Source: an uncultured Pirellulaceae bacterium
Lineage (GTDB): Bacteria > Planctomycetota > Planctomycetia > Pirellulales > Pirellulaceae
Assembly: GCA_964640885.1 (NCBI GenBank)
Contig: CAZXJC010000471.1
Span: 1 to 28,428, forward strand
Reading direction: 5' to 3'
DNA length: 28,428 nucleotides
Positions 9,201-18,245 of the stretch are shown here, in pieces; position 1 is the first letter of the stretch; every line of letters starts with the position of its first letter. Under the pieces are notes generated by a model. That model was not told the origin of the DNA and ran no database searches. It saw only the letters and a list, made by a program, of their open reading frames with translations. Position numbers and translations under genes: made by a program.

Positions 9201-10769
9201 CTAGTCGAGAAAACCAACTAGTTCTTGGCTGCGACTGGGCTGCTGTAGCTTGCGGACGGCTTTGGCTTCGATTTGCCGAATGCGTTCCCGCGTCACCTTA
9301 AAAATATGACCCACCTCTTCCAGGGTGTAGCTGTAACCATCTCCCAAACCGTAACGCAACTTGATAATCTCGCGTTCGCGATAACTGAGTGTTTTCAAAA
9401 CTCGATTTACCCGGTTCCGCAACATTTCCTGGGAAGCACCCGTGGCTGGATTTTCTGCTTCTCCGTCTGGCAATAAGTCACCAAAGTGACTGTCTTCACT
9501 GTTGCCAACAGGTCGATCCAGACTGATTGGAAATCGACTCATTGCTAACACGCGACGAGCTTCATCGACGGTGGTTTCTGCACGACGAGCAGTTTCTTCA
9601 AGCGTTGGATCACGACCTAATTCCTGGAGCAGCTGTCGAGAGACGTTGCGGACCCGTGACATAGTTTCCACCATGTGTACCGGAATACGAATGGTACGAC
9701 TTTGATCAGCGACTGCTCGGGTGATCGCCTGTCGAATCCACCATGTTGCATAGGTGCAGAACTTGAAACCACGTCGGTATTCAAATTTGTCGACAGCTCG
9801 CATCAAGCCAGCATTTCCTTCCTGGATCAGATCCAGGAAGCTGAGTCCACGGTTGCGATATTTCTTCGCGATAGAAACTACCAATCGCAAGTTACCCTCG
9901 GACAGTTCTCGCTTTGCCTGCTGGTATTTTGAATAAACCTTTTTGAGATACTTGATTCGGTTTCTCAAGCTGGTTGGACTCTCTTGAGTTGCCAACAAGA
10001 TACTGCGGTACTCGGTTAACCATGATTGATATTCATCCAGTTGCCCGCGATTTTTCTTGTGACGGGCCAACAGTTGCTTTAATTCGTCAATCCGACCGCT
10101 GAACTCTTCCAAGGTTCGAATCATGGGCTCAATGCGGTGTGTTCGCAAACCGAGCTCTTCGACAAGCCGTACTGCGCGCCGACGTCGCTGCCCCAGGTGT
10201 TGCCAAGCTTTTTTGCGTTGCGCTTTACTATGGGTCTTGCTCAAGGCAATTCGGTAATCACGACGGTTACGCTTTAACAAGACGTCGAGTGTCGTCAGGT
10301 TGTGAGGCAATCGCCCCAGGATTTGCTCTTTTTCGAGTCGATCTGTCACTGATACTTGGACCGTCCGATCAAACGGGAGCTCCCCTCGATGGACGCGCTT
10401 AAGTACCTTGAAGGCCATCTGGATGACGTAGTCACATTCAAGCAAGCGGGCACGGAAATGACGCCGCGTGATTTCAATTCGCTTGGCCAGTCGAATTTCC
10501 TCTGCTCGTGTGAGCAAGGGGATTTCACCCATCTGGGTCAAATACATCCGCACAGGATCTTCGGACCAGGACTCGTTGTCGTCGCTGGTTGGCAACTCCG
10601 GTTCTTCAGAAGCCTTCGGAGCAACTTTTGGCTGAGCAGCCGGTTGAGGCTGTTCCTTGGCAGTTGCTGCAGGTGTTGCTGCCTGCTCGGAATCCTCAGG
10701 CAGTTTATTGAAGTTCTCTTCAGTATTCTGAGAGTTGTCGTCAAATTCGTCGATAATGGTGTCGTACAA
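9201..10769 (-). CDS. rpoD: RNA polymerase sigma-70 factor, group 1-like (SigA/RpoD)
   Basis: Region 1.2 [16 protein letters not shown], region 2 [12 protein letters not shown]...[26 protein letters not shown], and region 4.2 [26 protein letters not shown] start with upstream GAGGGA. Confidence 0.92.
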   Translation of the reverse strand: MYDTIIDEFDDNSQNTEENFNKLPEDSEQAATPAATAKEQPQPAAQPKVAPKASEEPELPTSDDNESWSEDPVRMYLTQMGEIPLLTRAEEIRLAKRIEITRRHFRARLLECDYVIQMAFKVLKRVHRGELPFDRTVQVSVTDRLEKEQILGRLPHNLTTLDVLLKRNRRDYRIALSKTHSKAQRKKAWQHLGQRRRRAVRLVEELGLRTHRIEPMIRTLEEFSGRIDELKQLLARHKKNRGQLDEYQSWLTEYRSILLATQESPTSLRNRIKYLKKVYSKYQQAKRELSEGNLRLVVSIAKKYRNRGLSFLDLIQEGNAGLMRAVDKFEYRRGFKFCTYATWWIRQAITRAVADQSRTIRIPVHMVETMSRVRNVSRQLLQELGRDPTLEETARRAETTVDEARRVLAMSRFPISLDRPVGNSEDSHFGDLLPDGEAENPATGASQEMLRNRVNRVLKTLSYREREIIKLRYGLGDGYSYTLEEVGHIFKVTRERIRQIEAKAVRKLQQPSRSQELVGFLD

Positions 10770-11667
10770 CGAAATGTTCCCTCATTAACAGTGGAATGAT
10801 TAAACTTGGTTCAACAAATAGCACGCACTAGGCGGGTTTTTGTCGGTATGCTTGAACTGGTGGGAATAACTGGCCTCGGCAATGAATGACACGCTTAGTT
10901 GAAGCGTCCTGCTTCTGTACAAACATTCATAACTCGCCGTTAGTGTGCGAAGCGTATGAAAGCTTGTAATTCACAATGAAGCATAAATTTACCTGTTGCT
11001 GAAATGGCAACAGTTTCTCCAAGAGCCAGCAATTTGCAGACGTTCCAGACAGACACTAGCGGTGGCGTTTCGCCATTGGCTAGTCGCGGAACACGTAATT
11101 GTACCACCCTTATTTAACTTGTCTTGCTTTACTCAACAATTGGTAAGAAATTGCAATTAACGTGACCAAACCGGTTGCGTTTAGGTAAGCTAAGTTGACT
11201 TCCGTACCATTACCGAGGATAACTCGCCGGCAACCTAAAAACAACCAAATCAACTCATCAATTTTGGCTAACTTACCTCAACCGTTGCAACTGACTTATC
11301 TCCAAGTTCCGAATTCTCTTACACCTCCCGTATCCGCACACACTCTACTAAAGCGAGTGCTGAGCGCTTCCTGGGCTCGATTCTGTGTCGAAATTAGACT
11401 TGGCCAGCGACACCCCCCCTCAGTAAGTAGTTTCGAGAATTTCCCGATAACTGCAGGAATGTTCCTAAATTGTAGTTAGCTCGAAGGTCAGGTCCAGCCT
11501 CAAAATCCGTAGATTTTAGAGTTCAAAGTAAGGCCTCCTCTGGAGGGGGTTTTGGCAGCCCTCCAAGTGGTTGAGGGTTCGGGAAGCGGGGGTTAGCATA
11601 ACCAACGTTCAGGGGGGACATTTTGTTATCGAACCGAGTTTCAACAGGAGTGTGAGAGAAAGCCAGC

Positions 11668-12462
11668 ATGGGGACAATTGACCTACAAGGGCAGGTGGCG
11701 GTTGTTACCGGGGCGAGCCTGGGAATTGGCCGTGCAACGGCAGTTGCACTCGGAGAGGCTGGGGCTCGAGTTGTTGTGAATTATCGCTCTCACCCGGAGC
11801 AGGCTGAAGAAGTTGTTGAAATGATTCAAGCGGCCGGTTCGCAGGCGATTAAAATGCAGGCAGATGTGGCGGACCTGGGACAAGTAGAGGACCTGGTGGC
11901 AGCGGCAGTAACTGAGTTCGGCAAGCTTGATATTGCTATCAGCAATGCCGCTTACAGTGACCGAGAACTATTTTACGAAGCGAATATGGACGGTTTTCGC
12001 CGTACAGTGGACGTTACGATGTGGGGTGCTTTTCATTTGTTGCGGTCTGCCACCCAGCAAATGGTGCAACAGGGTCATGGTGGTGTGATTACGTTGGTTA
12101 GCTCACCACATGCTTTTATTCCGGCTCCTCGAGCAATGGCTTACAATATGTCAAAGGCGGCGCTGGAACACATGGCCAGGACCGCGGCGATTGAAGTAGC
12201 AGAGCATCGAGTTCGCGTTAATATGATTCAGCCCGGTTGGATTGATACTCCTGGTGAGCGCAAATTTGCCAGCGAGGAAACACTAGAGGCCGCCGGCAAG
12301 AAAATTCCTTTGGGGCGACTCGGCAATCCTGCAGAAATTGCCCAGGGTATTCTTTTTTTGTGTGATCCAAATCATGAATACATGACTGGGGCAACCTTGT
12401 TAATGGATGGTGGAATTAGTTTGCCTTGGTGGGCTTCTCGGGGATCTGCAGCACCCGAATAA
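11668..12462 (+). CDS. Classical short-chain dehydrogenase/reductase (SDR)
   Basis: TGASLGIG (TGxxxGxG), NAA, VSS, catalytic YNMSK (YxxxK), RVNMIQPGWIDT; 264 aa. Confidence 0.9.
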   Translation: MGTIDLQGQVAVVTGASLGIGRATAVALGEAGARVVVNYRSHPEQAEEVVEMIQAAGSQAIKMQADVADLGQVEDLVAAAVTEFGKLDIAISNAAYSDRELFYEANMDGFRRTVDVTMWGAFHLLRSATQQMVQQGHGGVITLVSSPHAFIPAPRAMAYNMSKAALEHMARTAAIEVAEHRVRVNMIQPGWIDTPGERKFASEETLEAAGKKIPLGRLGNPAEIAQGILFLCDPNHEYMTGATLLMDGGISLPWWASRGSAAPE

Positions 12463-12531
12463 GTAGCCTGCCAAGTTGCCGTTGGTTTTGAAACCTTGAC
12501 GATTGTTTGACTTGACCAAAAAATAAAAATC

Positions 12532-13098
12532 ATGCCCCGTTATTTACTTCCTTGTCCCTGCGGTCAGTCGATTTCGATAGATACGATTCAGGCTGGTCAA
12601 GAAGTTCGCTGTACCTGTGGCCAGGTGCAGTTGGCTCCAACATTGCGAGAGATTCGGCAACTCCCCGAGGTTGAACAGGCAGTGACCCAGGTGCGCCTTG
12701 TGAAGGATCCCTGGTCAGCAAAACGAACAATCGTCTTCGCCATCGGCCTGGTCGTGACCGCGTTAGCGATGGGTGCGGTCAGCATGTGCCAGGTGAAAAT
12801 TTGGCCTATCTCAGCTGAGTTGCCGACCAAGGCCGAGATGAAGGCCTACGAGGAGAACATGAATGCACAGATTGTCGAAAGATTAAGTGCTGAACAATCG
12901 TACGAGCAATTTCTCAAGTGGAAAGAGGACGGCTTGGGAGAGCAAAGGGATCGGCTCTTTGAAGTCGAACACAAGCGGATGACCAGGTTGAAGTTGATCC
13001 GACTGGTTTTTATTGTGTTGATGGGGATTGGTTTGCTCGTGGCCGGCGTTGCCGCCCTCTGGCCTCGGAAGCGGGTAGAATCAGCCGAGTCCGGCTAG
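12532..13098 (+). CDS. Hypothetical membrane protein with N-terminal CxCG...CxCG zinc-ribbon-like motif and two predicted TM helices
   Basis: CPCG and CTCG near the N-terminus; hydrophobic stretches IVFAIGLVVTALAMGAVSMC and LVFIVLMGIGLLVAGVAALW. ATG start, and the ORF fills the space between two same-strand genes. Confidence 0.75.
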   Translation: MPRYLLPCPCGQSISIDTIQAGQEVRCTCGQVQLAPTLREIRQLPEVEQAVTQVRLVKDPWSAKRTIVFAIGLVVTALAMGAVSMCQVKIWPISAELPTKAEMKAYEENMNAQIVERLSAEQSYEQFLKWKEDGLGEQRDRLFEVEHKRMTRLKLIRLVFIVLMGIGLLVAGVAALWPRKRVESAESG

Positions 13099-13336
13099 AC
13101 GGTGCAGTAAATCGCAAGATTTACTCTTTTTTAAGGCACTTTCCCCTTCTCTGGGGATGACGATATTGAATCTGACCGGAGTAGCGATCAAACTAACAGG
13201 ATAGTTAAGCTTGTTTAGCGCAAGGAGGTAGATTCCTTGTGAAGCCTGCTTTTGTTGACGTTGACTAAAGAATCGTCGACAATGGTAAGCCGTACCTTCC
13301 TGATCACTCACCACTTGCCGATTTGGTAGTTTGCCG

Positions 13337-15685
13337 ATGAAACGCTTGCCTTCTCTGATCACCTGCCTGATTCTGTTGCTGACTGCTGCCCAGGATACAC
13401 TGGCGCAACCAGCACTTTCCCGAATGGAACCCGGTGCCATTAGCGTTGGCAAAACCGTGGAAGTGACCTTGTATGGCAGCAAGCTTGATTGGCCATTGCA
13501 AGCTTGGGCAAGCTTTCCAGGAAAGATTGAACTGGTTGCCCCCAAGGATTCGAAACAGAATGATCGTGTTCAATGTAAGATTACGCTTTCTGCTGGAGCG
13601 GCTGTCGGGATTGCCGGAATTGCTGTCGGCAACAAAGCGGGTGCTTCGGATGTACTGCTTGTCATGGTAGACGACGCGGTAAGCGTTGCTGATAACGGCA
13701 AGAACCATACTTGGCAAGAAGCCCAGTCGGTCAATCTTTCATCCGCCATCGATGGGGTTTGCGAAGGAAAGTTTTTTGATTACTACAAGGTGGCCGTCAA
13801 GAAGGGCCAGCGGCTTTCCGTAGAAGTAGTAGCGGCCCGGCTTAACAGCAAGATGGATCCTGTGTTGCGAATTCTCAGCGCTACGGGACAGGAGCTGCTG
13901 GCGGTTGACGATGATCTAGGTCTGGGAGCTGATTGCCGTCTGGGACTAACGGCTGCTGAAGATGGGGAGTATATCGTTGAAGTGGGAGACAATAAGTACC
14001 TGGCCGGTAATCGTTACCGATTGCGGATCGGGGATTTTCCACTGGTTACCTCGTCCTATCCGCTTGGTGGCCGCCTGGGGTCCACAGCGGAATATGGATT
14101 TGCCGGCCCCGCTACTGAAGGCTTGCCGCCGCAATTGATCCGCGTTCCCGGGTACTCCAACAGCGATCGTCTGTCGGTAGCAGCTAAGTTTCCCGAGGGA
14201 AAGTCATCGGGCATGGCAACCATGGCAGTCAGTGAACTACCGGAAGAAACGGAACATGAACCGAATGATGAACAGGCGAAGGCAACGAAGGTGACAATGC
14301 CCTGCGCCCTTAACGGCTTCTTGCAAAAAGAAAATGACCAGGATTATTTCCAGTTTGTGGCGACCAAGGGAGAGCAGCTTACCTTCCGAGCGATGACTCG
14401 CAGTCTGGGGTCACCAACCTACCTGACAATGCAGTTACTCAAGTCCGATGGTGGGAAGTTGACGGAAACAAAAGTAGCCAACACGGATGAATGGTCCATG
14501 TCGCATACCTTTGCTGCCGATGGAACCTACTTTTTGAAAGTTGAAGACTTGTTGCATCGTGGTGGAATCGATTTTGTTTATCACGTCCAGGTGCACAGTG
14601 GTCCTTCTTTCTCGTTAACCGTGAAGAATGACAAAAACACCAAGAACCGGTTTCGTGTCGGCAAAGGGACCGGAGCATTTACGATTAACGTGCAGTGTGG
14701 ACGTAGTGGCTTTGATGGTCCGGTGACTATTGGGTTGGAAGAACCAATCCCTGGAATTCACCTGCTGCACAATGTGATTGGAGCCAAGGGAAAGGAAGCA
14801 AACGTCGTGCTGGCCATTTCCTCGGAAGTGCAGGAAGGGGATTTGAAAGTTCTCCGGCTGGTAGGAACGGGAACGATCGCCGGTCGTACGGTGACGGTTC
14901 CAGTACGAAATATCGACTGGCTGAGAACGCAATTGACGTCGTTGCAAGTGCCACCCGGCTGGCAGGACGGCCGTTTCTATGTCGTCACCGGCCCAGCCGC
15001 GGCGCCCATTTTCCAGACGTCTCTTTCGACCGCGGTTGCCTATCTCTCGCCGGTAACCCAGGAGTCAAAAATCACCCTGGCTCTCGCTCGTAAGCACAAG
15101 GACTTCAAGGCCGGTATCCGTCTGTCCATGGACGGCCTTCCCGTAGAGATTTCGGCCGCCGTAAAGCAGGAGAAAGATCAGTACCATGTTACGGTCAAAG
15201 GTTCTCCCGCGATGAAGGAAGGGCAGCACGCACTGCATATAACCAGTTTTGGTGACTTAAATGGCCTCGGCCACTTGGATGTCAAGGACATTATTGTCCA
15301 CGTCGTGACACCTTTGAAAGTAGAATTGTCGGTACCAGCAGCCGTGATTGTTGGCCAGTCACTGAAGGCAAAAGTAAAGGTAATCCGCGGAGCTGGCTCA
15401 GCTCCACAGCCGGTAACCCTCAAGTGGAAGAATTTGCCCGCTGGTGTTACGGGGGATGAAGCCATTACGATTGCGGCGGACCAGACAGAAGTGGAAGTTG
15501 AATTAAAAGCTGCTGCTGACGCCAAGGTCGGTAAGTTTACGGGCCTGGCACTTGATGCCCAAACGAAATATGCCGAAAAGGATGTGGCCGCGGCCAGTGG
15601 GGCGGCGGCATTGGAAACGAAGAAAGCTCCGGAGCCTAAGAAGGAGCCGGAAGCTAAGAAGGACCCAGAAGCCAAGAAACCATAA
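13337..15685 (+). CDS. Secreted PPC (pre-peptidase C-terminal) domain repeat protein, planctomycete type
   Basis: Signal peptide MKRLPSLITCLILLLTAAQDTLA; PPC-like units (DYYKVAVKKGQRLSVEV...DPVLRIL and EHEPND...DQDYFQFVATKGEQLTF); beta-rich C-terminus. ATG at 13337 preferred over TTG at 13331. No subtilase catalytic motifs seen. Confidence 0.85.
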   Translation: MKRLPSLITCLILLLTAAQDTLAQPALSRMEPGAISVGKTVEVTLYGSKLDWPLQAWASFPGKIELVAPKDSKQNDRVQCKITLSAGAAVGIAGIAVGNKAGASDVLLVMVDDAVSVADNGKNHTWQEAQSVNLSSAIDGVCEGKFFDYYKVAVKKGQRLSVEVVAARLNSKMDPVLRILSATGQELLAVDDDLGLGADCRLGLTAAEDGEYIVEVGDNKYLAGNRYRLRIGDFPLVTSSYPLGGRLGSTAEYGFAGPATEGLPPQLIRVPGYSNSDRLSVAAKFPEGKSSGMATMAVSELPEETEHEPNDEQAKATKVTMPCALNGFLQKENDQDYFQFVATKGEQLTFRAMTRSLGSPTYLTMQLLKSDGGKLTETKVANTDEWSMSHTFAADGTYFLKVEDLLHRGGIDFVYHVQVHSGPSFSLTVKNDKNTKNRFRVGKGTGAFTINVQCGRSGFDGPVTIGLEEPIPGIHLLHNVIGAKGKEANVVLAISSEVQEGDLKVLRLVGTGTIAGRTVTVPVRNIDWLRTQLTSLQVPPGWQDGRFYVVTGPAAAPIFQTSLSTAVAYLSPVTQESKITLALARKHKDFKAGIRLSMDGLPVEISAAVKQEKDQYHVTVKGSPAMKEGQHALHITSFGDLNGLGHLDVKDIIVHVVTPLKVELSVPAAVIVGQSLKAKVKVIRGAGSAPQPVTLKWKNLPAGVTGDEAITIAADQTEVEVELKAAADAKVGKFTGLALDAQTKYAEKDVAAASGAAALETKKAPEPKKEPEAKKDPEAKKP
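15620..15682 (+). repeat. In-frame 18-nt tandem repeat encoding KK[AED]PE[PA] x3 + KKP at the C-terminus of the PPC protein
   Basis: aagaaagctccggagcct / aagaaggagccggaagct / aagaaggacccagaagcc / aagaaacca. Confidence 0.85.
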
Positions 15686-15705
15686 TTGAATTTGTGAGGT
15701 TCACC

Positions 15706-18207
15706 ATGTTGAAGAGTTTGTCGCAGATGAAGATGAATTTCGTGTACAGTCTTGTGGCTGGAATGCTGTTGTCAGGTTTTAGCCTGCTGGCACTGCCGGG
15801 GTCCGTGACCCAGGCTGATGAACTGGCTCCCATAGAGGTTGGCAAGCCAGCTCGCATCGAGGTTTATCCGGCTTCGGTAAAGCTCACCAGTCCACGGCAA
15901 TTTCGGCACCTGGTGGTGACCGCTCATTATGCAGATGGACAGGTACAGGACATTACTCGCGCTGCAGAGTTTGCTTCTAGCAATCCACAGGTCGCGGAAA
16001 TCCAGGAAGCCGTAGTGCGACCCCAGGGTGATGGGAAAAGTGAAGTCGTGGTGCGAGCTGGTGGACAGGAAGCCAAGATCGCCGTCGAAGTTTCTGGACA
16101 GAAAACAACGGAGTCAATTTCGTTCGGTTACGAGACGCTGGCCGCGTTGAGCAAGCAGGGATGTAATGCAGGGGCTTGTCATGGAAGCCCAAGCGGTAAA
16201 GGCGGCTTTCGTCTCTCGCTGCGAGCCTTCGATGCTTCGCTCGATCAAATCACACTGATTCGCGAAGACTTTGGGCGTCGTACAAATGTTCCAGATCCGG
16301 AAGAAAGCCTGCTGCTACTCAAACCTTTAATGAAGATCGCCCATGGAGGCGGTCGACAGATTAAGAAAACAGATTATGCCTACGGCTTGCTGAAGAACTG
16401 GATTGCCGAAGGCTGCCGTTTAGATTCTCAGGAACAACCAAAATGTGTTCGCATCGAGGTCTATCCTTCGTCCGGGCGTGTTTTGAAGCAACCGGCACAC
16501 ACACAACAATTATCTGTGCTGGCTCACTTCGCTGACGGTTCGGTCCGAGATATTACCCCGCTGGCGGTTTATACGAGTTCAGATACCGAGGTAGCCACGG
16601 TCGATGAAATGGGCCAGGTCGTGGGACACGATCGTGGGCAAGCTGCTGTTATCGTTCGCTACCTTGAATTCATTGAATCATCTTTCTTGACGTTTGTGAA
16701 AGACGTGAAAGGCTATGAATGGAAAGAGGTGGCAGCCAATAATTACGTCGACAAGCATGTCTATGCCAAGCTCAAGCAATTGAAATACTTGCCGTCTGAT
16801 TTGTGTAGCGATGAAGAATTTGTTCGCCGCTTATACTTGGACATAGTTGGTGTTTTGCCAACCCCCGAGGAACTGGCAGCCTTTGCTAAAGACGAGACGC
16901 CGGAGAAACGGGCGAAACTTATCGATCAACTTCTGGATCGTCCCGAGCATGCCAAGTTTTGGGCGCTGAAATGGGGCGACCTGCTGCGCCTGACCAATAG
17001 CCAGGTTGGGGGCGACGGCGTCTACAAGTATTATCGCTGGTTGGAACGATCGTTACGTGACAACATGCCCTACGATCAGTTTGCTCGCGAGTTGTTGACT
17101 GCCACTGGCAGCACGATGAACAACCCGCCCGCTAACTTTTATCGAACCGCAGGGGATACCAATGACTGCGTGGAGACGATTTCACAGATCTTCCTGGGTG
17201 CGCGGTTGCAGTGTGCTAAATGCCACAATCATCCCTTCGAACGCTGGACCCAAGACAATTACTATGGCATGGCAGCCTTCTTTAATCGCGTGCAGCGTAA
17301 AAAGACGACCCGGGCAGACGAGTTGTTTGTTTGGACTGCCAGTACGGGTGAAGTGACCCAACCTCGTACAGGCAAGCAAATGCGACCCTGGTTGCCACAG
17401 GTTGGAGATGTTGAAAAGGATACAGGGAATGACCGTCGGCAGACCTTTGCCAGCTGGCTGACCGGAAAAGATAATCCCTATTTCGGCAAGATCGAAGTAA
17501 ATCGTATTTGGAGTCACCTGTTGGGTCGCGGGATCGTTGATCCGCCCGATGATTTCCGTGACACCAATCCGCCCACAAATGCGGAACTGCTTGATGCACT
17601 GGCAAAAGATTTTTCCCAGAGCGGCTATGATCGAAAGCATATCCTGCGAGTGATTCTTAATAGCCGTGTTTATCAGATGAGCTTTCGTCCAAATGCGTTT
17701 AACGAGACCGATACAAAGTATTTCTCGCATTTCCAACCTCGGTTACTGAGTGCGGAACAATTGCTCGATGCGATCTGTCATGTTACGGATGTACCGGAAC
17801 AGTTTGGATCGTTGCCCGCCGGAATCAAGGCTACCCAGTTGCCCGCTCCTGACCTGGTAAAGAATGATTTCCTGCGGATCTTTGGTCAGCCTGAACGGCA
17901 GACAGTATGTGCCTGCGAACGTTCCACCGAATCGAACCTGGGCATGGCAATCCAGTTCTTTAATGGACCACTGGTATACAACAAGTTGCGCAGTGAAAAG
18001 AATCGTTTTCGACAGTTGATCACGGCTAAGAAGTCAGACGAAGAGATTATTGACAGCCTCTACAAGGCAGCCGTCTGTCGTCCACCAACGAAAACCGAGC
18101 TGGAAGCCAGCTTGAAGCATATCAAGTCGAAAGAAGATCGGATTATCGCCCTCGAAGATGTCTGCTGGGCGATCCTCAATACTAATGAATTTCTCTTTCA
18201 ACATTAA
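15706..18207 (+). CDS. DUF1549 (PSCyt2) and DUF1553 (PSD1) domain protein with two Ig-like (Big_2-type) repeats
   Basis: Signal-like N-terminus; two IEVYP...A[HY]FADG.V.DIT repeats; GCNAGACHG; NNYVDKHV, SDEEFVRRLYLDIVG, CAKCHNHPF, VNRIWSHLLGRGIV, RLLSAEQLLDAI, CACER and WAILNTNEFLFQH. GAGGT Shine-Dalgarno favours ATG 15706 over GTG 15694. Confidence 0.92.
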   Translation: MLKSLSQMKMNFVYSLVAGMLLSGFSLLALPGSVTQADELAPIEVGKPARIEVYPASVKLTSPRQFRHLVVTAHYADGQVQDITRAAEFASSNPQVAEIQEAVVRPQGDGKSEVVVRAGGQEAKIAVEVSGQKTTESISFGYETLAALSKQGCNAGACHGSPSGKGGFRLSLRAFDASLDQITLIREDFGRRTNVPDPEESLLLLKPLMKIAHGGGRQIKKTDYAYGLLKNWIAEGCRLDSQEQPKCVRIEVYPSSGRVLKQPAHTQQLSVLAHFADGSVRDITPLAVYTSSDTEVATVDEMGQVVGHDRGQAAVIVRYLEFIESSFLTFVKDVKGYEWKEVAANNYVDKHVYAKLKQLKYLPSDLCSDEEFVRRLYLDIVGVLPTPEELAAFAKDETPEKRAKLIDQLLDRPEHAKFWALKWGDLLRLTNSQVGGDGVYKYYRWLERSLRDNMPYDQFARELLTATGSTMNNPPANFYRTAGDTNDCVETISQIFLGARLQCAKCHNHPFERWTQDNYYGMAAFFNRVQRKKTTRADELFVWTASTGEVTQPRTGKQMRPWLPQVGDVEKDTGNDRRQTFASWLTGKDNPYFGKIEVNRIWSHLLGRGIVDPPDDFRDTNPPTNAELLDALAKDFSQSGYDRKHILRVILNSRVYQMSFRPNAFNETDTKYFSHFQPRLLSAEQLLDAICHVTDVPEQFGSLPAGIKATQLPAPDLVKNDFLRIFGQPERQTVCACERSTESNLGMAIQFFNGPLVYNKLRSEKNRFRQLITAKKSDEEIIDSLYKAAVCRPPTKTELEASLKHIKSKEDRIIALEDVCWAILNTNEFLFQH

Positions 18208-18245
18208 TCTCTTTGCTAACTATTGATGCAACACGGGACCCACTG

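Noticed and set aside
11195-11479. 94-aa TTG-start ORF in the rpoD intergenic region
   Set aside because: Weak start, no Shine-Dalgarno, no recognisable motif, and Ser/Pro/Leu-rich composition typical of non-coding frames.
11596-11605. TAGCATAACC resembling the start of the T7 terminator
   Set aside because: Only a 10-nt match, and the rest of the T7 terminator is absent; not vector contamination.
12496-12516. Three TTGAC pentamers before the zinc-ribbon gene, echoing TTGACG-TTGACT at 13255-13266
   Set aside because: No well-spaced consensus -10 element, and 5-mers recur by chance; it cannot be supported as a promoter or operator without comparative data.
13081-13717. Minus-strand ORFs of 154 aa and 137 aa
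   Set aside because: They overlap the PPC gene antisense and show no protein-like motifs.
13337-15685. Annotation as a subtilase-type serine protease
   Set aside because: Only PPC and Ig-like accessory domains are visible; I see no Asp/His/Ser subtilase motifs.
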